A stretch of DNA of 64,000 nucleotides from the human T2T-CHM13v2.0 reference genome, Homo sapiens. Under the pieces are notes generated by a model. The model saw only the letters and a list, made by a program, of their open reading frames with translations. It ran no database searches and was not told the origin of the DNA. Below, in pieces: positions 39,437-59,077 of this stretch. The DNA is taken from assembly GCF_009914755.1 (NCBI RefSeq), contig NC_060925.1, one strand, 5' to 3'. How positions within the stretch are numbered: position 1 is the first letter of the stretch; each line of letters starts with the position of its first letter. A program made the position numbers and the translations under genes.

Positions 39437-40380
39437 TGAGCCACTGTGCCTGGCCACGGTTGCTACTTCTTAAGATATTTCCTTTTAGCAAACACAAGTA
39501 TCCACGGTTCATCAGTGACCACTAGGTGCTATGTTGTGGAGGAAACAAGGAGTGAGACTAGTAGTCTCCTGTAGAAGAAGTAGGGATGGAGATAAGAACA
39601 AAACAAAACAAAAACAAAAACTACAAAGGGAAGGCTTCACTTCTCTGTTCTGCATCTGACCTTGCAGTGAGATGAGGTTAACTGCCCTTAGTTGGCTCTG
39701 CAAAGCGCAGGGGCCTCTTTAGGTGCCTAGCAACAACTTGACTACCCAGAATGGTGATTTTGAAGCTGGGTGTGGTCTCCTGGGCAGGAAGCCACCAACA
39801 CCGCCAGAGCAGCCAGGGCCTCCCCTTCACTTCCTCTGAGCCAAAACTCCGCCTCCAATTGGGGCCAATACTTATTGCTTTGAGCCCTGTCTTAGAAACA
39901 CAAATGGAAGGTTTCTAGCAACAATAACTTCTACCACTTAGATGTGTGATGTCAGACAAGTCATGCCACCTTTCTGAGCTTCAGCTCCTATACCTGTCTT
40001 GGTCCTGGCTTATTCTCAGGCAGGGTTACCCTAGCACAGCAGCCCAGGTCCACAAATACTCAGTAAATGCTACTGTATCTGAATCTGAATCTGCTTAATT
40101 AGGGGAAGATTCAGTGAGTGACCTTTTCTCAGCTGTCCCTTGGATCTTGTTCTTTTGACCCTCTCTCTGCAGGCAGCTCCATCTTATGTCAAATTTCTAT
40201 ACGTCAAATCCTGTTCTTGGCCAGGCATGGTGACTCACGCCTGTAATCCCAACAGTTTGGGAGGCTGAGGCAAGAGGATCGCTTGAGCCCAGGAGTTCAA
40301 GGATAGCTTGGGCAACATAGCGAGATTCCATTTCTACAAAAAATAATAAAATTAGCCAGGTATGGTGGTGCACACCTTTA

Positions 40381-40539
<159 letters not shown>

Positions 40540-40660
40540 TCATGCTTCTAATCCCAGCACTTTGGGAGGCCGAGGGGGGTGGATCACCTGAGGTAAGGAG
40601 TTCAAGACCAGCCTGGCCAACATGATGAACCCCTGCCTTTATTAAAAATAAAAAAAATTA

Positions 40661-40885
<225 letters not shown>

Positions 40886-41805
40886 TCACGCCTGTAATCC
40901 CAGCACTTTGGGAGGCTGAGATGGGCGGATTACAAGGTCAGGAGTTCAAGACCAGCCTGGCCAACATGATGAAACCCCATCTCTACTAAAAATACAAAAA
41001 TTAGCTGGGCATGGTGGCGTGTGCCTGTAATCCCTGCTACTTGGGAGGCTAAGGCAGGAGAATTGCTTGACCAGGACTCAGGAGGCAGAGGTTGCAGTGA
41101 ACTGAGATCGCGCCACTGCACTCCAGCCTGGGCTACAGAGCGAGACTCCATATCAAAAAATAAAAAAAAAAACCATAAGAATATATAATAAATTTCACAT
41201 ATATATATAACATGCATCCTAAAAAGTGTACAAATCTTAATTGTATGGCTTAATGAATTTGTACGAAGTGGGCATACCCTTATTACCACCTTCCAGATCA
41301 AAATACAGAATATTACAGGCACCTCAGAAGCCTTCCTCAGGCCCTCTCCCAATTATTAACCTCCAAAATATTATTGCCCTAGTGTTGTCTGTTTCTGAAC
41401 CAAAGGGAGTCATTAGTGTCTGTCTTCTTATGTTGAACACTTTGTCTGTGAGATCATCCATCCCCTGAGCATCCTGCTTTTCCATGCCTGTGTACCTGAA
41501 CACGCCTGTTCTTTCTGCCAGGACACAGCATGCTCTATCCTGGCCCAGCCAGTCTGGGCAGCTCCTCCAGATGCAGATCAGACCTTGCTCCTTTGGGAAA
41601 ACTTCCATGATCAGCTCTGAGTTTGAATCCCAGCCCTTCCACCTACTAGCTGCATGAATTTGTGCAAACATTACTAACCTCTCCATGCCTGACTTTTGCT
41701 GATAATTTATATATTTCAGAGCTGTTGTGAATTTCAAGTGAGATAATAACATACTAAATACTTAGAGCAGTGCCTGGAGTGTAGGAAGTGCTTAACAAAT
41801 GTTAG

Positions 41806-42012
<207 letters not shown>

Positions 42013-42206
42013 TGAGTAGCTGGGACTATACAGGCGCGTACCACCACACCTGGCTAAATTTTTTTGTATTTTTAGGAGAGACGGTGTTTCACTATGTTGG
42101 CCAGGGTGGTCTCGAACCCCTTACCTCAGGTGATCTGCCTGCCTCAGCCTCCCAAAGTGCTGAGATCACAGGTGTGAGCCAGCGCACCCACCCAGCCTCG
42201 TTTTAA

Positions 42207-42458
<252 letters not shown>

Positions 42459-43754
42459 TAGTAGAGACGGGGTTTCACTGTGTTAGCCAGGATGGTCTCG
42501 ATCTCCTGACCTTGTGATCTGCCAGCCTAGGCCTCCCAAAGTGCTAGAATTACAGGAGTGAGCCACTGCGCCCCGCCTATTGTATTTCTTTAACAGATTT
42601 CTATTGAGTATGCACTATATTCTAGCACTGAGGGTACAGTGATGAAGCAAGTCCTTGGATTTACTGGGTTTTACTTGGCTTTAATGGGAGGAGACAGTAA
42701 GAAAAATACAGAACTGAGACCATTTCAGATAGAGATAAGCACTATGAGGGAAGCAAAGCTGCGTGTGATAGCAGGTGGGGGGTGCTAGTTAAGCTGAGAA
42801 GGAAGAGGTCTTCTTGAAGAGGTGGTATTGGAGCAAATTCCTGTGGGGTGGAAGGGAGCAGGTGTGTACAGATAACCAGGGGGAACAGCAAGAGCAAAGC
42901 CTCTGAGCTAGGCAGAATAAATTCAGTGTGTCCGAGGAACAGCAACCAGGGCGGCATGGCCGGAGCCCAGTGAGTGAGTACGTGGTCCTGATGAGATTGG
43001 AGAGATGGACAAGGGCCTACACGATGGGGACAGAGTTGCTCAGTTATTTCTGGACTTTACTCTTTCCCCTATCCTTTCTCATCCACCCTTGTTCAGTGAC
43101 CCAGATTATCTTTGCCAGAGATGTGTAAGCAAGATGAAGGAGGCAAGCCTGGGCCAGTTAGAGAAAAGGCAAGAAGGAAACAGGTTTGGTGAGTTCCTCC
43201 CCTTTCTCTGCCTCCAGGAAGGGTTCAGGTCCCTAGACAAGCATAATGATGTGGGCATAAGTGGAGGAGGGAGGCTGAACAGCTGGAGGGGCTGCAGAGG
43301 GAGCAGATCCCTTAGTGGAGGCAGCCCCAGCAGCTGTAACCCCTTGTGGTGCAGCAGGTAAACCAGGAACACGGCTGGAGTCCTGGCAGTAGGGTTGGGG
43401 GGCTCCTGGAGAGGTCTGGGCCATGACCAGCCAGGGGAATCAGGAAAGAGGGGTGGGCTGCGGTCTCAGTGATATGAATTATACAACACATCAACCTTTT
43501 GGCAACAACAGAGATACTTTAATATATTTATTTTCAACTTTAATTAATTTTTATTTATTTTTTTGAGACGGTGGTCTCACTCTGTTGCCCAGGCTCAAGT
43601 GCAGTGGTGTGATCTTGGCTCACTGCAGCCTTGACCTCCTGGCTCAAATGATCCTCCCACCTCCTGAGTAATTAGCACTACAGACGCACACCACCATTCC
43701 CGGCTAATTTTTGTATTTTTTTTGTGGAGACGAGGGTCTTGCTATGTTGCCTAG

Positions 43755-43919
<165 letters not shown>

Positions 43920-44020
43920 TAGTTTTTGTATTTTTAGTAGAAATGGGATTTCACCATGTTGGCCAGGCTTGAACTCCTGACCTCAAGTGATCTGCCCGCC
44001 TCAGCCTCCCAAAGTGCTAG

Positions 44021-44377
<357 letters not shown>

Positions 44378-45531
44378 TAATGAACTATTACACATACGAA
44401 AAGCAAATAAAACATGTACCATAGAATAAATAATGATAAGGCAAACATCCATGTAATCATCACCCAGGTCATGAAATAGAACACTGCCAACACTGCCCCC
44501 CCAGTACCCCCATCCCTTCCAGATTCTAACCCCCTTTAGAGGCGGCCACTAGCTGAATTTGTATGATAATCACTTCCTTGGTTTTCTTCGCAGTTTTTGC
44601 CTATGAATCACACAGAAAGTCTTAAATTAGAATTTTCTCACACAAATCCCAAGCCTGAAGACCTTGGAGGAGAGCCTCTTTAATGTAGATCTTCTTCTTC
44701 TTTAGTAAATCTTGGCAGGCCCTTGGGGAGATGGTGGTGGATTTGCAGTCTTGCATTTGGCAGAGAATGCAGTATGAGGCTTCTCTCATTCAGCCAAAGT
44801 GTTCTAGGGATCTGAAGAGGACTGTGAGGGGCACAGCAATGCATCCAAAACCAAGCTTGCCCCTGGGAGCTTGCAGTAGGGTGGAAAAAGTGTGGGTAAA
44901 CATGATAGCCCAGACAGAGGGCCTGGAGAGGGGCTCTGATAAGGGCTCTGGGGGTTTAGAAGAGCCAGCAATCCCTTTTGGCAGTGGGAAGCAGAGCTGG
45001 CTTTGTGTAAGAGGTGGTGTTGTATGCATTCATGCATCATTTATCAAACATTTTTGAGGGATGGCAGTGTGCCAGGAAATTAGGTAAAAAAAAAATAAAA
45101 TGAATAAGATCTCTGCCTGCTTATGGCCTAATAGTTTAGCATAAATAGATACAAATAATTCCAATATGAGATGCTTTAAATACAAAGTGATATAAGACTG
45201 ATTGGTTGCCTGGGGTTGTCGGGAGATTTCAAAACTAAGGCCTAGGCCAGTCCTTGAAGGAGAGAAGAGTGGAGTTTGGCAGACAGAGAAGGGAGCCACT
45301 GAATCCACAGAGGCACAGAGGTGGGAAAGGACACAAGGTGGATGTTGGCAAAATGTACAGTTCATGGTGGGAAGAAGAGTGGACTTGACATGTAGGATGG
45401 ATAAGCAGGAAAGGTGTTTTAGGGAAGAGGATCAGCATGAGCAGTGGCAGAGAGGTGAGAAGTCATGGTTCCTGCCTGTATGATACTAAGTATTATACAG
45501 TCTAGCTGTAGCATAGGTGTGTAGTGGAAGG

Positions 45532-46515
<984 letters not shown>

Positions 46516-47370
46516 AAAAGAAAGGGAAATCACTTTGGAAAGGCAAAGATCATAGAGGACATAGAATGTCTGGGTAAAGTCTTAAATTTTTTTTTTTTTT
46601 TTTGAGATGGAGTCTCTCTCTGTCACCCAGGCACTGCAACCTCCACCTCCTAGATTGAAGCGATTCTCCTGCCTCAGCCTCCTGAGTAGCTGGGATTACA
46701 TGCATGCACCAACATGCCCAGCCAATTTTTGTATTTTTAGTAGAGATGGGGTTTCACCATGTTGGTCAAGCTGGTTTCAAACTCCTGACCTCATGATCTG
46801 CCCACCTCGGCCTCCCAAAGTGCTGGGATTACAGGTCTGAGTCACTGTACCCAACCAAAGGTCTTAAATTTTATTCTGAAGACAAAGGAGAAAACACTGA
46901 AGGTTTCTGAGTAAGGGAGTGACCTAATCAGAGCGATGATATAGGAAGATAAATGCTGTGCTTTGTCAAATGAGTTAAAGTAGAGATTCTTTTTTTTTTT
47001 TTTTTTTTTTGAGACGGAGTCTTGCTCTGTGGCCAGGCTGGAGTGCAGTGGTGCGATCTCTGCTCACTGAAACCTCCGCCTTCCGGGTTCAAGCGATTCC
47101 CCTGCCTCAGCCTCCTGAGTAGCTAGGACTACAGGTGAGCGCCACTATACCCAGCTAATTTTTTGTATTTTAGTAGAGACAGGGTTTCACCATGTTGGCC
47201 ACAATGGTCTTGATCTCCTGACCTCGTGATCCTCCCGCCTTGGCCTCCCAAAGTGCTGGGATTAGAGGCGTGAGCCACCGCACCCAGCTGAGATTCTTTT
47301 TATTTATTTTTTTGAGACAGGGTCTTGCTTTGTCACCCAGGCTGGAGTGCAGTGTAGTGCACTGGCATGA

Positions 47371-47634
<264 letters not shown>

Positions 47635-47734
47635 TAGATATGAATTTTGTGGGTATAGGATCTGTGATGCAGAAAAGGTTGAGAACTCCTGGATATACAA
47701 GGCTGTAGGGGCCAAAAGCAGACATAGGTGCTTA

Positions 47735-47944
<210 letters not shown>

Positions 47945-48234
47945 TTAGCTGGGCATGGTAGCAGTTGCCTGCAATCCCAGCTACTCGGGAGGCTGAGGCA
48001 GGAGAATCACTTGAACCTGGGAGGGGAGGTTGCAGTGAGCTGAGATCGCACCATTGCACTCCAGCCTGGTTGACAGAGTGAGACTCTGTCTCAAAAAAAA
48101 AAAAAAAAAAAAAAAAAAATTGGGGGTGGGAATAGGGGTTGGAAGAGGTATAGATTTGGGAGTTATTACCTAGAGGGTAGGGACAAGTACCTCATGGGCA
48201 GACAAGCAGGGCAGGGGTGGCAGTGATTCATCAA

Positions 48235-48780
48235 GAGTTTGGCAGTCATAAGCAACAGAAACCTACTCAACCTCGTTCAGGCAATAGAGGGAATTTATTG
48301 CTAATGTGACTGAAGATTGAAGCAAGACTGGATCTGATGTCTCATGCAATGCCACTGGGACTTGGTTTCATGTCTCTATCTCTCAGTTCTGTTTCCCCCT
48401 CTGTCTTGGTCTCATTCTCAGGCAGCATCTCTGCTTGCAGTGGGAAGCTGGCTGCCAGCAGTGCCACGATTACATCCTACTCTCAGCAAACAGAGATTCA
48501 CTGAACTGAATAGTTGTGACCAAAGTTCCAGAATTAAATCTCATTGGGTCACATGCCTGTTGCTGAAATGGTGTGGCAACAGGGCTCTCTATAATGCTGT
48601 GATTGGCCAAGCCTGGGTCACGTGTCCATTCCCGCAACTAGAGATAGTGTCATCTCTAGAGCCACATGGATTGAGAGTTGGGGCAGGGGCTGCTCTAGGA
48701 GAAATGGAAGTGCTGTTACCAGAAGGAAGAATGGACACCGGAATGGTAGCCACCGGGAAGGGAGCCGGAGTCCCACAGGC
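48235..48780. mobile_element. Old MLT1-type MaLR LTR remnant
   Basis: aagcaacagaaacctactcaa...gggaatttattg; gattggccaagcctgggtcacgtgtcca. Confidence 0.5.
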
Positions 48781-49516
48781 TGTCCCTCCTGTTAACATGA
48801 GGCAGCTATAGCAGTGGGGCAGTAGCGGGGAGGCACTAGGAGGCTGGGGGCTGGGCCAGCAGTGAGGGACATGGTAGATTGGGTCAAGTAATAGTAACAC
48901 CATTGCCACTGCTGTTTGGGGCTGTGAAAAGGTCTAGGAGGGTTCTTCTGACAAAAAACCTGACAACATAAAAGACATAGTGCTAAGTAAGTCCTTGTCC
49001 TCAGAATAAAGGCAGGAAAAGCTGAACAGTTGGGTGACACCCCATCAAGATATTGCTGCTACTGGAAAGGGCAGACGTTGTCTGGGGACATTCATGGGAT
49101 TGTGAGACAGGATGAAGGAAAGGGCACTGCCAGCTGGACTTGTGAAGGGAAGAAACAACCATTTTCCCCTCAAGTTTAAAAAATGAAGCTTATGCATTTT
49201 TACAATAGTAATAAATTCACAATAGCCCAAAACAACCCAAATTCCAACAGTAGGAGTCTGGGTAAATATTGCAATGCCCGGAGAGTAAAATGCAGCCTTT
49301 ACAAATGATGCTTTATTTGACATGGAAAGATGTTCACAATGTAGTTTTTTTGTTTTGTTTTGTTTTTGTATTTTTTGTAGAGATGGGTGGGGGCAGGTCT
49401 TGCTATGTTGCCCAGACTGGTCTTGAACTCCTGGGCTCAAGTGATCCACCCGCCTCGGCCTCCCAAAGTGTTAGGATTATAGGTGTGAGCCACATTAGAG
49501 GTAGGACTACAGCTGA

Positions 49517-49930
<414 letters not shown>

Positions 49931-49959
49931 TGATTCTCCTGCCTCAGCCTCCCAAGTAG

Positions 49960-50160
<201 letters not shown>

Positions 50161-50509
50161 TAATAAACCTGCTTGATAGTGTGGTAGTGTCATAGTCAAC
50201 TAGAGCCAGCCTCCTGAGTGCAAGTCTCAGCTCTGCCACTGCTTGGCATGGCGGCTATGGGCAAGTCTCTTAACACCTCTGAGCTTCAGTTCATGTAACC
50301 ATAAAGTGGGGGTAACAGTTCTTAACTCATAGGGTGGCTGTGAGTATTAAATTAGCTACTACTACCTGCAAAGCTATTAGCCATACCTGCAGTAAACACT
50401 AAAAAATGTAGTTCTTATTTTTGGGTAATTAAAAAATCCAAAAGAGGGCTGGGTGCGGTGGCTTACACCTGTAATCGCAGCCCTTTGGGAGGCCAAGGCA
50501 GGTGGATCA

Positions 50510-51030
<521 letters not shown>

Positions 51031-51632
51031 TAGTAGAGGCGGGGTTTCACCGTGTTAGCCAGGATGGTCTCGATCTCCTGACCTCGTGATCCGCCCGCCT
51101 TGGCCTCCCAAAGTGCTGCGATTACAGGCATGAGCCACCGTGCCCGGCCTAGGATAAGCAATTTAAGCGATTTTTCTCTAACATGGGGAAACATCTAAGA
51201 ATAAGAGAGGGAAGTTCTCTATTTTCCTGAAGCTTTCATACTAGCAGAGAAGACAAATAATAGATACTGCGAAGATAGGATGATTGAAGAATGCAGTGAT
51301 ATAAATTTGGGGGAAGAGGAGGGAGGCAGAGCAAAGAAATTCAAGGCCTTGGCCAGACGTAATGTCTCACACCTTGTAATCCCAGCAGTTTGGGAGGCTG
51401 AGGCAGGCTGATAGCTTGTGTCCAGGAGTTCGAGACCAGCCTGGGCAATCCAGCAAAACCCTGTGTCTACAAAAAAATACAAAAATTAGCCAGGCATGGT
51501 GGCATGCGCCTGTGGTCCCAGCTACTTGGGAGGCTGAGGTGGGAGAATCGCCGGGACGTCGAGATTGCAGTGAGCTGAGATCGTGCCACTGCACTCCTGC
51601 CTGGGTGACAGAGCAAGAACGTCTCAAAGAAA

Positions 51633-51664
<32 letters not shown>
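51633..51664 (+). repeat. (CAA)n microsatellite from an Alu tail
   Basis: aacaacaacaacaac... after the Alu 3' end. Confidence 0.85.
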
Positions 51665-51665
<1 letters not shown>

Positions 51666-52319
51666 AAACACAAGGCCTGTGGTTGGGGGAAGGTTGTAAC
51701 TCTAAAAAAGACCCATGTGGCTACAGCGAGGGACACTGGGTGTAGGTAGAGATAAGAAGAGTGATACTCAGTTCTCACATCACGGCGGACTGAATACAGG
51801 CCCGGGGAGTGAGAGACCATCCACCCCTGTGATCTGGGGCAAGTCACCAGCCCTTTCAGAGAAGCTTCCGTCTTCTCTGCAAAATGGGACAATACCTTGC
51901 TTCACAAGCTTGCAAGGATCAAAAGAACTGGTAGTGGGCCGGGCGCGGTGGTTCACGCCCGTAATCCCAGCACTTTGGGAGGTCGAGGCAGGTGGATCAC
52001 TTACTTGAGGTCACGGGTTCGAGACCAGCCTGGGCAAAATGGTGAAACCCCGTGTCTGCTAAAAATACAAACATTAGCCTGGCGTGGTGGCAGGTGCCAG
52101 TGATCCCAGCTACTCGGGAGGCAGAGGCAGGAGGATCGCTTGAACCCAAGGGGTGGAGGTTGCAGTGAGCTGAGATCGCGCGCTGCACTCCAGTCTGGGC
52201 AACAGATCAAGACTGTCTCAGAAAAAACAAACAAAAAAGAACTGGTAGAGGAAGCGCTTTGCATACTATCGTTCACAGTATTATTACAAATACAACCATT
52301 AGGAAAACATGCAGAGCAT

Positions 52320-53350
52320 AGCCCCGAACTCACGAGCTGCGCCGGCCCGCGCGTGCGCGACAGGCGGGCGGAGCCAGGGCAGTCCAGGCACCGCCTTGAC
52401 CCACCCCAGCCTCTTCCCCTTCCCTGTTCCTCCCACTTCCGCGGGCACCCAACTGTGCGTCTCCTGCGCGCTGACGTCAGGTGCGTGCCCCTGTCCGGCA
52501 GCCGAGGAGACCCCGCGCAGTGCTGCCAACGCCCCGGTGGAGAAGCTGAGGTGAGTGCGGGGCCCGAGGTTCCCCGCGGGAGCTGCCACCCTACCTTCCC
52601 ATCCCCGCCGTCTCCGTCCTCTCCCAGTCCTCGGGGACACCCCGTCTGCGGGATCGTGGGGGGCCCGGGAGCACGGGTTGTGGGGGAGTGCCCGGCTCGC
52701 GCTGCGTCCTCCGGGCGGGCGCGGGTCCGCGTTCTGTGGGGGAGCCGGGGCGGGGGTCGCGGCCGGGGAGGCAGGGGGCGCCCGTCTGAGGAGGGGCGCG
52801 CGGCCGGGGCTCGGGGCGCGAGCGGGACCGGGCTGTCACCGGGAGCGGCGGAAGGAAGGGGGTCACACCCATCCTGGGCGCCCGGGCTCCCCTCCCCCCA
52901 GCCCGGCCCGGCGGGCTCCTAAGGGCGGCCGGGGGCCTCAGAGCGACTCGCGGGCGCTTGGGCCGGGCCGGGCGCCGGTCTTCGGGGCTGGCAGGCTGCG
53001 TTCCGTGCCCTGCGCTCCGGCCTGGACTTCCTGCTTCGCCGGGCGCCGCCGCGGACATTTTGCGGCGGGGGTGGGGGGGGCGGGGGAGGGGAGTGGCGTT
53101 GCGGCCGCGGCGGGGCGGTGGCAGGAGGGCAGCTCGCTGGCTGCTCGCGGCGGTGCCTGTCCGAGCTCCCCTCCGCGCCGGCCGCGTCCTCTGGGCGGGG
53201 TGGCCCCGAGCCACGGCCTCCAGGCTGCTCTTCCTTTCGGAGGTCGAGTTCCTAGCATTTCCATCCGCTCCTCCAGCCCGCTCCCTGCCGGTTTAGCTGA
53301 AGCTTCCCTTTCGGGGAGTTACCTAACCACCTCCCGAAGCCGTCGTTCTG
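52320..53350. promoter_or_regulatory. CDC42: CDC42 CpG-island promoter
   Basis: Very high GC/CpG; NRF1-like GCGCGTGCGC 52349, ETS ACTTCCGC 52435, palindromic CRE TGACGTCA 52472; no TATA. Confidence 0.9.
52435..52550 (+). other. CDC42: CDC42 non-coding exon 1 (5' UTR); intron 1 runs past the window end
   Basis: acttccgcgggcacccaactgtgcg...ggagaagctgag|gtgagt matches the CDC42 mRNA 5' UTR as recalled; consensus donor at 52551; no CDC42 coding exon (MQTIKCVVV) in the window. Confidence 0.88.
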
Positions 53351-53914
53351 CTGCTTGGTTAATTCCTCTTATCGGGGGGGAATTTTCTTTGTTCGTTTGT
53401 TTTTCCTCCCCTTTAAGTCCAAGATAAATGTAGTGTGGAAGATTACGTCATCGCGGTATAAGGAGTGAGACTTAACTCCTACAAGTCAGGGACTTAAATT
53501 CAAACAGCATTTTGCAGCCTTAGTCGGTCACCCAGTGGCTTATCCTGCCTGCCTCCCAACACGTCGTATTCACAGATGATGTTTTGAAAGCTTGTTACTT
53601 GTGTTCATGACCGCCTTCAGTGCACCTAAAAGCTAGGAAGGTTTAAAATCCCAGGATTAGTTTGTGTCAGGGAATAAAGTGTAAGACAACACCGTCCACG
53701 GCCCCTTGCGTGGCATTAACTTTAAATAGAGGTCCCTTTGACTATACTAGAATGAGGTGGGTTTATTTGTGGGAACACTTTTCGGTCCAAAATGACTTTC
53801 CCAGACTGTTTATTCTCCTTTATGACTTACTGCATGCTGGGAATCTCCCTAGGTTGATTCAAGTGCACTTTTTGTGGTGAAGTTGTGTTGAAAAGAGGAT
53901 CAGTTTATGCCTGA

Positions 53915-54328
<414 letters not shown>

Positions 54329-54688
54329 TAGTATCACACAAAAATGTTGACTCTGTAAAGCAAATGAGATCCAATTGTGTAATGCATTGTTGTAAAGATA
54401 ATTCATGTCGAAACAAGTGCTTTCCCACTGTTTCTCATTTCTATAGAGAACAGATTGGTAAACACTTAAAAGGAGTGTAGGTTCAAGGCAGCTTTCTGTA
54501 GTGTGTAGGCATTACAGACCATTGGATAGGTGTGGAACTTGAATCTTCTGAAATACATTTGTTAGCCTTGATGTAATATTTTAGGCATATAAAATTGGAA
54601 CACATCTGCCTTATTTTCTTGAGCTTTCTATTTTTAATAATTTTAAATAATATCAATTTGTATCTTTCCTTTTAGAAAGTAACAGTAG

Positions 54689-54940
<252 letters not shown>

Positions 54941-55272
54941 TAGCCAGGATAGTCTTGATCTCCTGACCTCGTGATCCGCCCGCCTCGTCCCCGCAAAGTG
55001 CTGAGATTACAGGCGTGAGCCACCGTGCCCGGCCTGAATTTATAGTTTTTATACTGAGATGGAGATAAGAGTTTGGTAATCAACTAAGTATTGAATGAGC
55101 TCGTTTTCAGTAATTTCTTCAAGACCAGAAAGGTATCACATCCTCTGTTTATACTCTTAAAATGTTTTCATGTTACAACCAATACCTGTCCGTATTAAAC
55201 TTAATTTTTTGGGAATCTAAGGCAGATGTTATAGCCTAGAGTAGTATAGGGAGTTAAAAAAAAAATTGGTGA

Positions 55273-55434
<162 letters not shown>

Positions 55435-57272
55435 TAATTTTGGTATCTTTTGTAGAGATCGGGTTTCCTCATGTTGTCCAGGCTGATCTGGAATGCCTGA
55501 ACTCAAGCTATTTGCTCCTGTTGGCCTCTGAAAGTGCTGGGATATAGGCATGAGCTGCTGTGCCGCTGACAGGCTTTCTTGGAAGTAAAAGACTAGTTGT
55601 GCTTTTATTTATAGATGTATTTTAAATGCACTTCTCTATTGTTTTAGAGTTTTTTTTTTTTTTTTTTTTGAGAGGATGAGAAACAATGAGCACCTTAGGC
55701 TACAGGGCTTCCTTTGAAGGGGAGAGAGGGTTAAATATTGTGTTAACATATCTTCCATGAAAATATCTCTCTGTATTAAAAGGCTTCATTCTGGAATTTT
55801 ATGGTAATGCCTTATTCAGTGTTCTCTTCCACATAGATTTCCTCATTAGATTGTAAGTTCTGTGAGGGCAGGGCTTTGGCCTGGCATGGTCACCCCATTG
55901 CTAATGCCTAGAATACTGCCATACATACAGTAGGTTTTAAGAAATATTTTTTAAGTGAATGAATTTGATGATGTCTGAGGGTTAACGTTTTCCCTAATAT
56001 TCCATGGGCCTTTTTGCTGTGTTTCCTGAGACAGCTTTTGTGCTTGGTCAGCCATATCTTTATTTGGGCTCATTGAAGTAGTGATTACTAATCTACTCTT
56101 GCTTGACTTTTTCCATCTGTTTAGGTCAGTATCTTCTGCAGCTGCACTGTCTGGACAATTTACCATCACTTAGAAAATCTGTGATGACTACTAGTTCTCT
56201 TACTCTCCTAAAAATTATTCACTTAATGTTTGTTTCCTTATCTTCCTTTATTTCTTTGTTTGCAAATAACTTTTACCGCTTGTTCACTACTGTATCAGAT
56301 TCCTGGTCATGTTATGCTTTGTGTCTTACTAGTTTCTACTTTTAGTTTCTCATACCTTCAGTCCAAAATATTTTTACTAAAGCAATTTTCATTACTTGCC
56401 ATTTCAGCTACCTCTGCTGCTGCTGCTGCTATTTTAAGTCCTGAATGTCAAAACTCTTCTGGGACATTGATCTCAAACTGCTTATTCCGTGAAGTGAAAC
56501 CAGGCTTTCTGTCACCAATGTGGCGTCCCTTTTTGCAATTTTAGAAAAATATTTTTTAAATCAAAGATTTGGCATTAGCCATTATACTAAAGTCCAGAAC
56601 AATTTCTAATAGAGCAGAAAACTATATTGTTCAGCCATGGTATTCACTAAGCACTGGTGCTCTATCACCTTAAGACAAAGTCTGATTTAGGCTCTGTTAC
56701 TGTTGTTCTGTAATGCTTTACACTTTAACCTTGCATCCTTTTCTGTAAAATTAAGCCATTGCCATTTGCCATTTCAATTCTGCTGTGTGTTCTTGATTGG
56801 TATATTGCTACTATAATGATTAAAAGCATAGACTCTGGAACCAGACTGCCTGGGTTCAGATCCTGGTTCTGCCACTTATTAGGTATGTGCAGTCTAAGTA
56901 ACGTCTTTGTGACTCAGGTTTACTTCCTCTAAAATAGGGGTAGCAGTAGTGCTTACCTAACAGGGCTGCAGTGTTAGGAAGATTGAATTAATATATATGA
57001 AGTGTTTAGGACTGTTCACTGGCACATAGTGAGTGCTGTATAGATTTTTGCTCTTGGCACAACTGTGAGGACCCTTCCCCGCCATCTTTGAGAAGCTGTG
57101 TTTCTCTCAAACATAAACATTTTAATAACCATCCTTCTCCCGGACTAATCTGATGAATCCAAAAACATTTCTTTTTTCTTTTTTGAGATGGAGTTTTGCT
57201 CTTGTTGCCCAGGCTGGAGTGCAATGGCGCGATCTCGGCTCACCGCAACCTCCGCCTCCTGGATTCAAGTAA

Positions 57273-57634
<362 letters not shown>

Positions 57635-57877
57635 TAGCTGGGATTACAGGTGTCCGCCACCACACCCGGGTAATTTTCGTATTTTTAGTAGAGGTGGGGG
57701 GGTTTCACCATGTTGGTCAGGCTGGTCTGTAACTCCTGACCTCACGTGATCTGCCTGCCTCGGCCTCCCAAAGTGCTGGAATTAACAGGCGTGAGCCGCT
57801 GCATTCCGGCCTCCTTTACATTTTTATCCGTTACCTTTACCGTTGTCATAGAAGCAAGGGTGTCAGGCCTCAGGTAT

Positions 57878-58022
57878 GCAGTATAGTCTGTGGACCCATC
57901 AGCATAAGTGTCACCTGGGAGCTCATTAGAACTATCAGGATTCATCCCAGTCTTACTGACCCAGAATCTTATTTTAATAAGATCCCCACATGATTTTTAT
58001 GTGTATTAAGGCTTGAAGCACC
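57878..58022. mobile_element. MER5-type MITE remnant
   Basis: tcacctgggagctcattagaa...tactgacccagaatct..ttttaataagatcccca.atgatt. Confidence 0.6.
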
Positions 58023-58285
58023 CTCTTCAGGACTGCTAGAGTGATGTCTCAAATTTCGGAAACAATGTGAATGCTTTATTTCATTTTATTTTCCTATGGA
58101 AGCATAACCTGGTTTATTTTAGGCAGTGTACCACAATTTATTGCAAGGATCATAATCTGAAAATGAATCTGAAGCATATTTAGTTTTTAAAGGAATTGTT
58201 GCTTCCTGCCTATTACGTAGAATTGCCTCATGTCTGCCCATTATCAGGAACTAATGTGTTATTTAAAGTTTTTTTTTTTTTTTGA

Positions 58286-58444
<159 letters not shown>

Positions 58445-58927
58445 TAGTAGAGATGGGGTTTCTCCATGTTGGGAGTTTCTCCATGCTGGTCAGGCTGGTC
58501 TCAAACTCCCGACCTCAGGTGATCCACCCACCTTGGCCTCCCATAGTGCTGGGATTACAGGCGTGAACCACCGCACCCAGCCGAATTACGTATTTTTTAA
58601 TTTTATTTTTATTTTTTAGAGATAGAGTCTTGCTATGTCACCAGGCTGCAGTGCGTGGTGTGATTATAGCTCACTGTAACCTTGAACTCCTGGGCTTAAA
58701 GGATCCTCCAACCTCAGCCTCCCAAGTAGCTGGGATTGCAGGCACGCACCACCACACTTGGCTAATTGTAAATATATATATATATTTTTGTAGAGATGGG
58801 GCCTTTTTATGTTGCCCAGGTTGTTCTTGAACTCCTGGCCTCAAGTGACCTCCCACCTTGGCCTCCCAGAGCTGTGGGATTACAGTTGTGAGCCTCTGCA
58901 CCGGGCCTTAATTTTTTTTTTTTTTGA

Positions 58928-59077
<150 letters not shown>

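Noticed and set aside
52140-53427. Long ORFs of 260, 290 and 207 aa over the CDC42 promoter
   Set aside because: Low-complexity Arg/Gly/Pro/Ala ORFs expected from stop-codon scarcity in a CpG island; one starts inside an Alu; no domain; overlap a non-coding exon and intron
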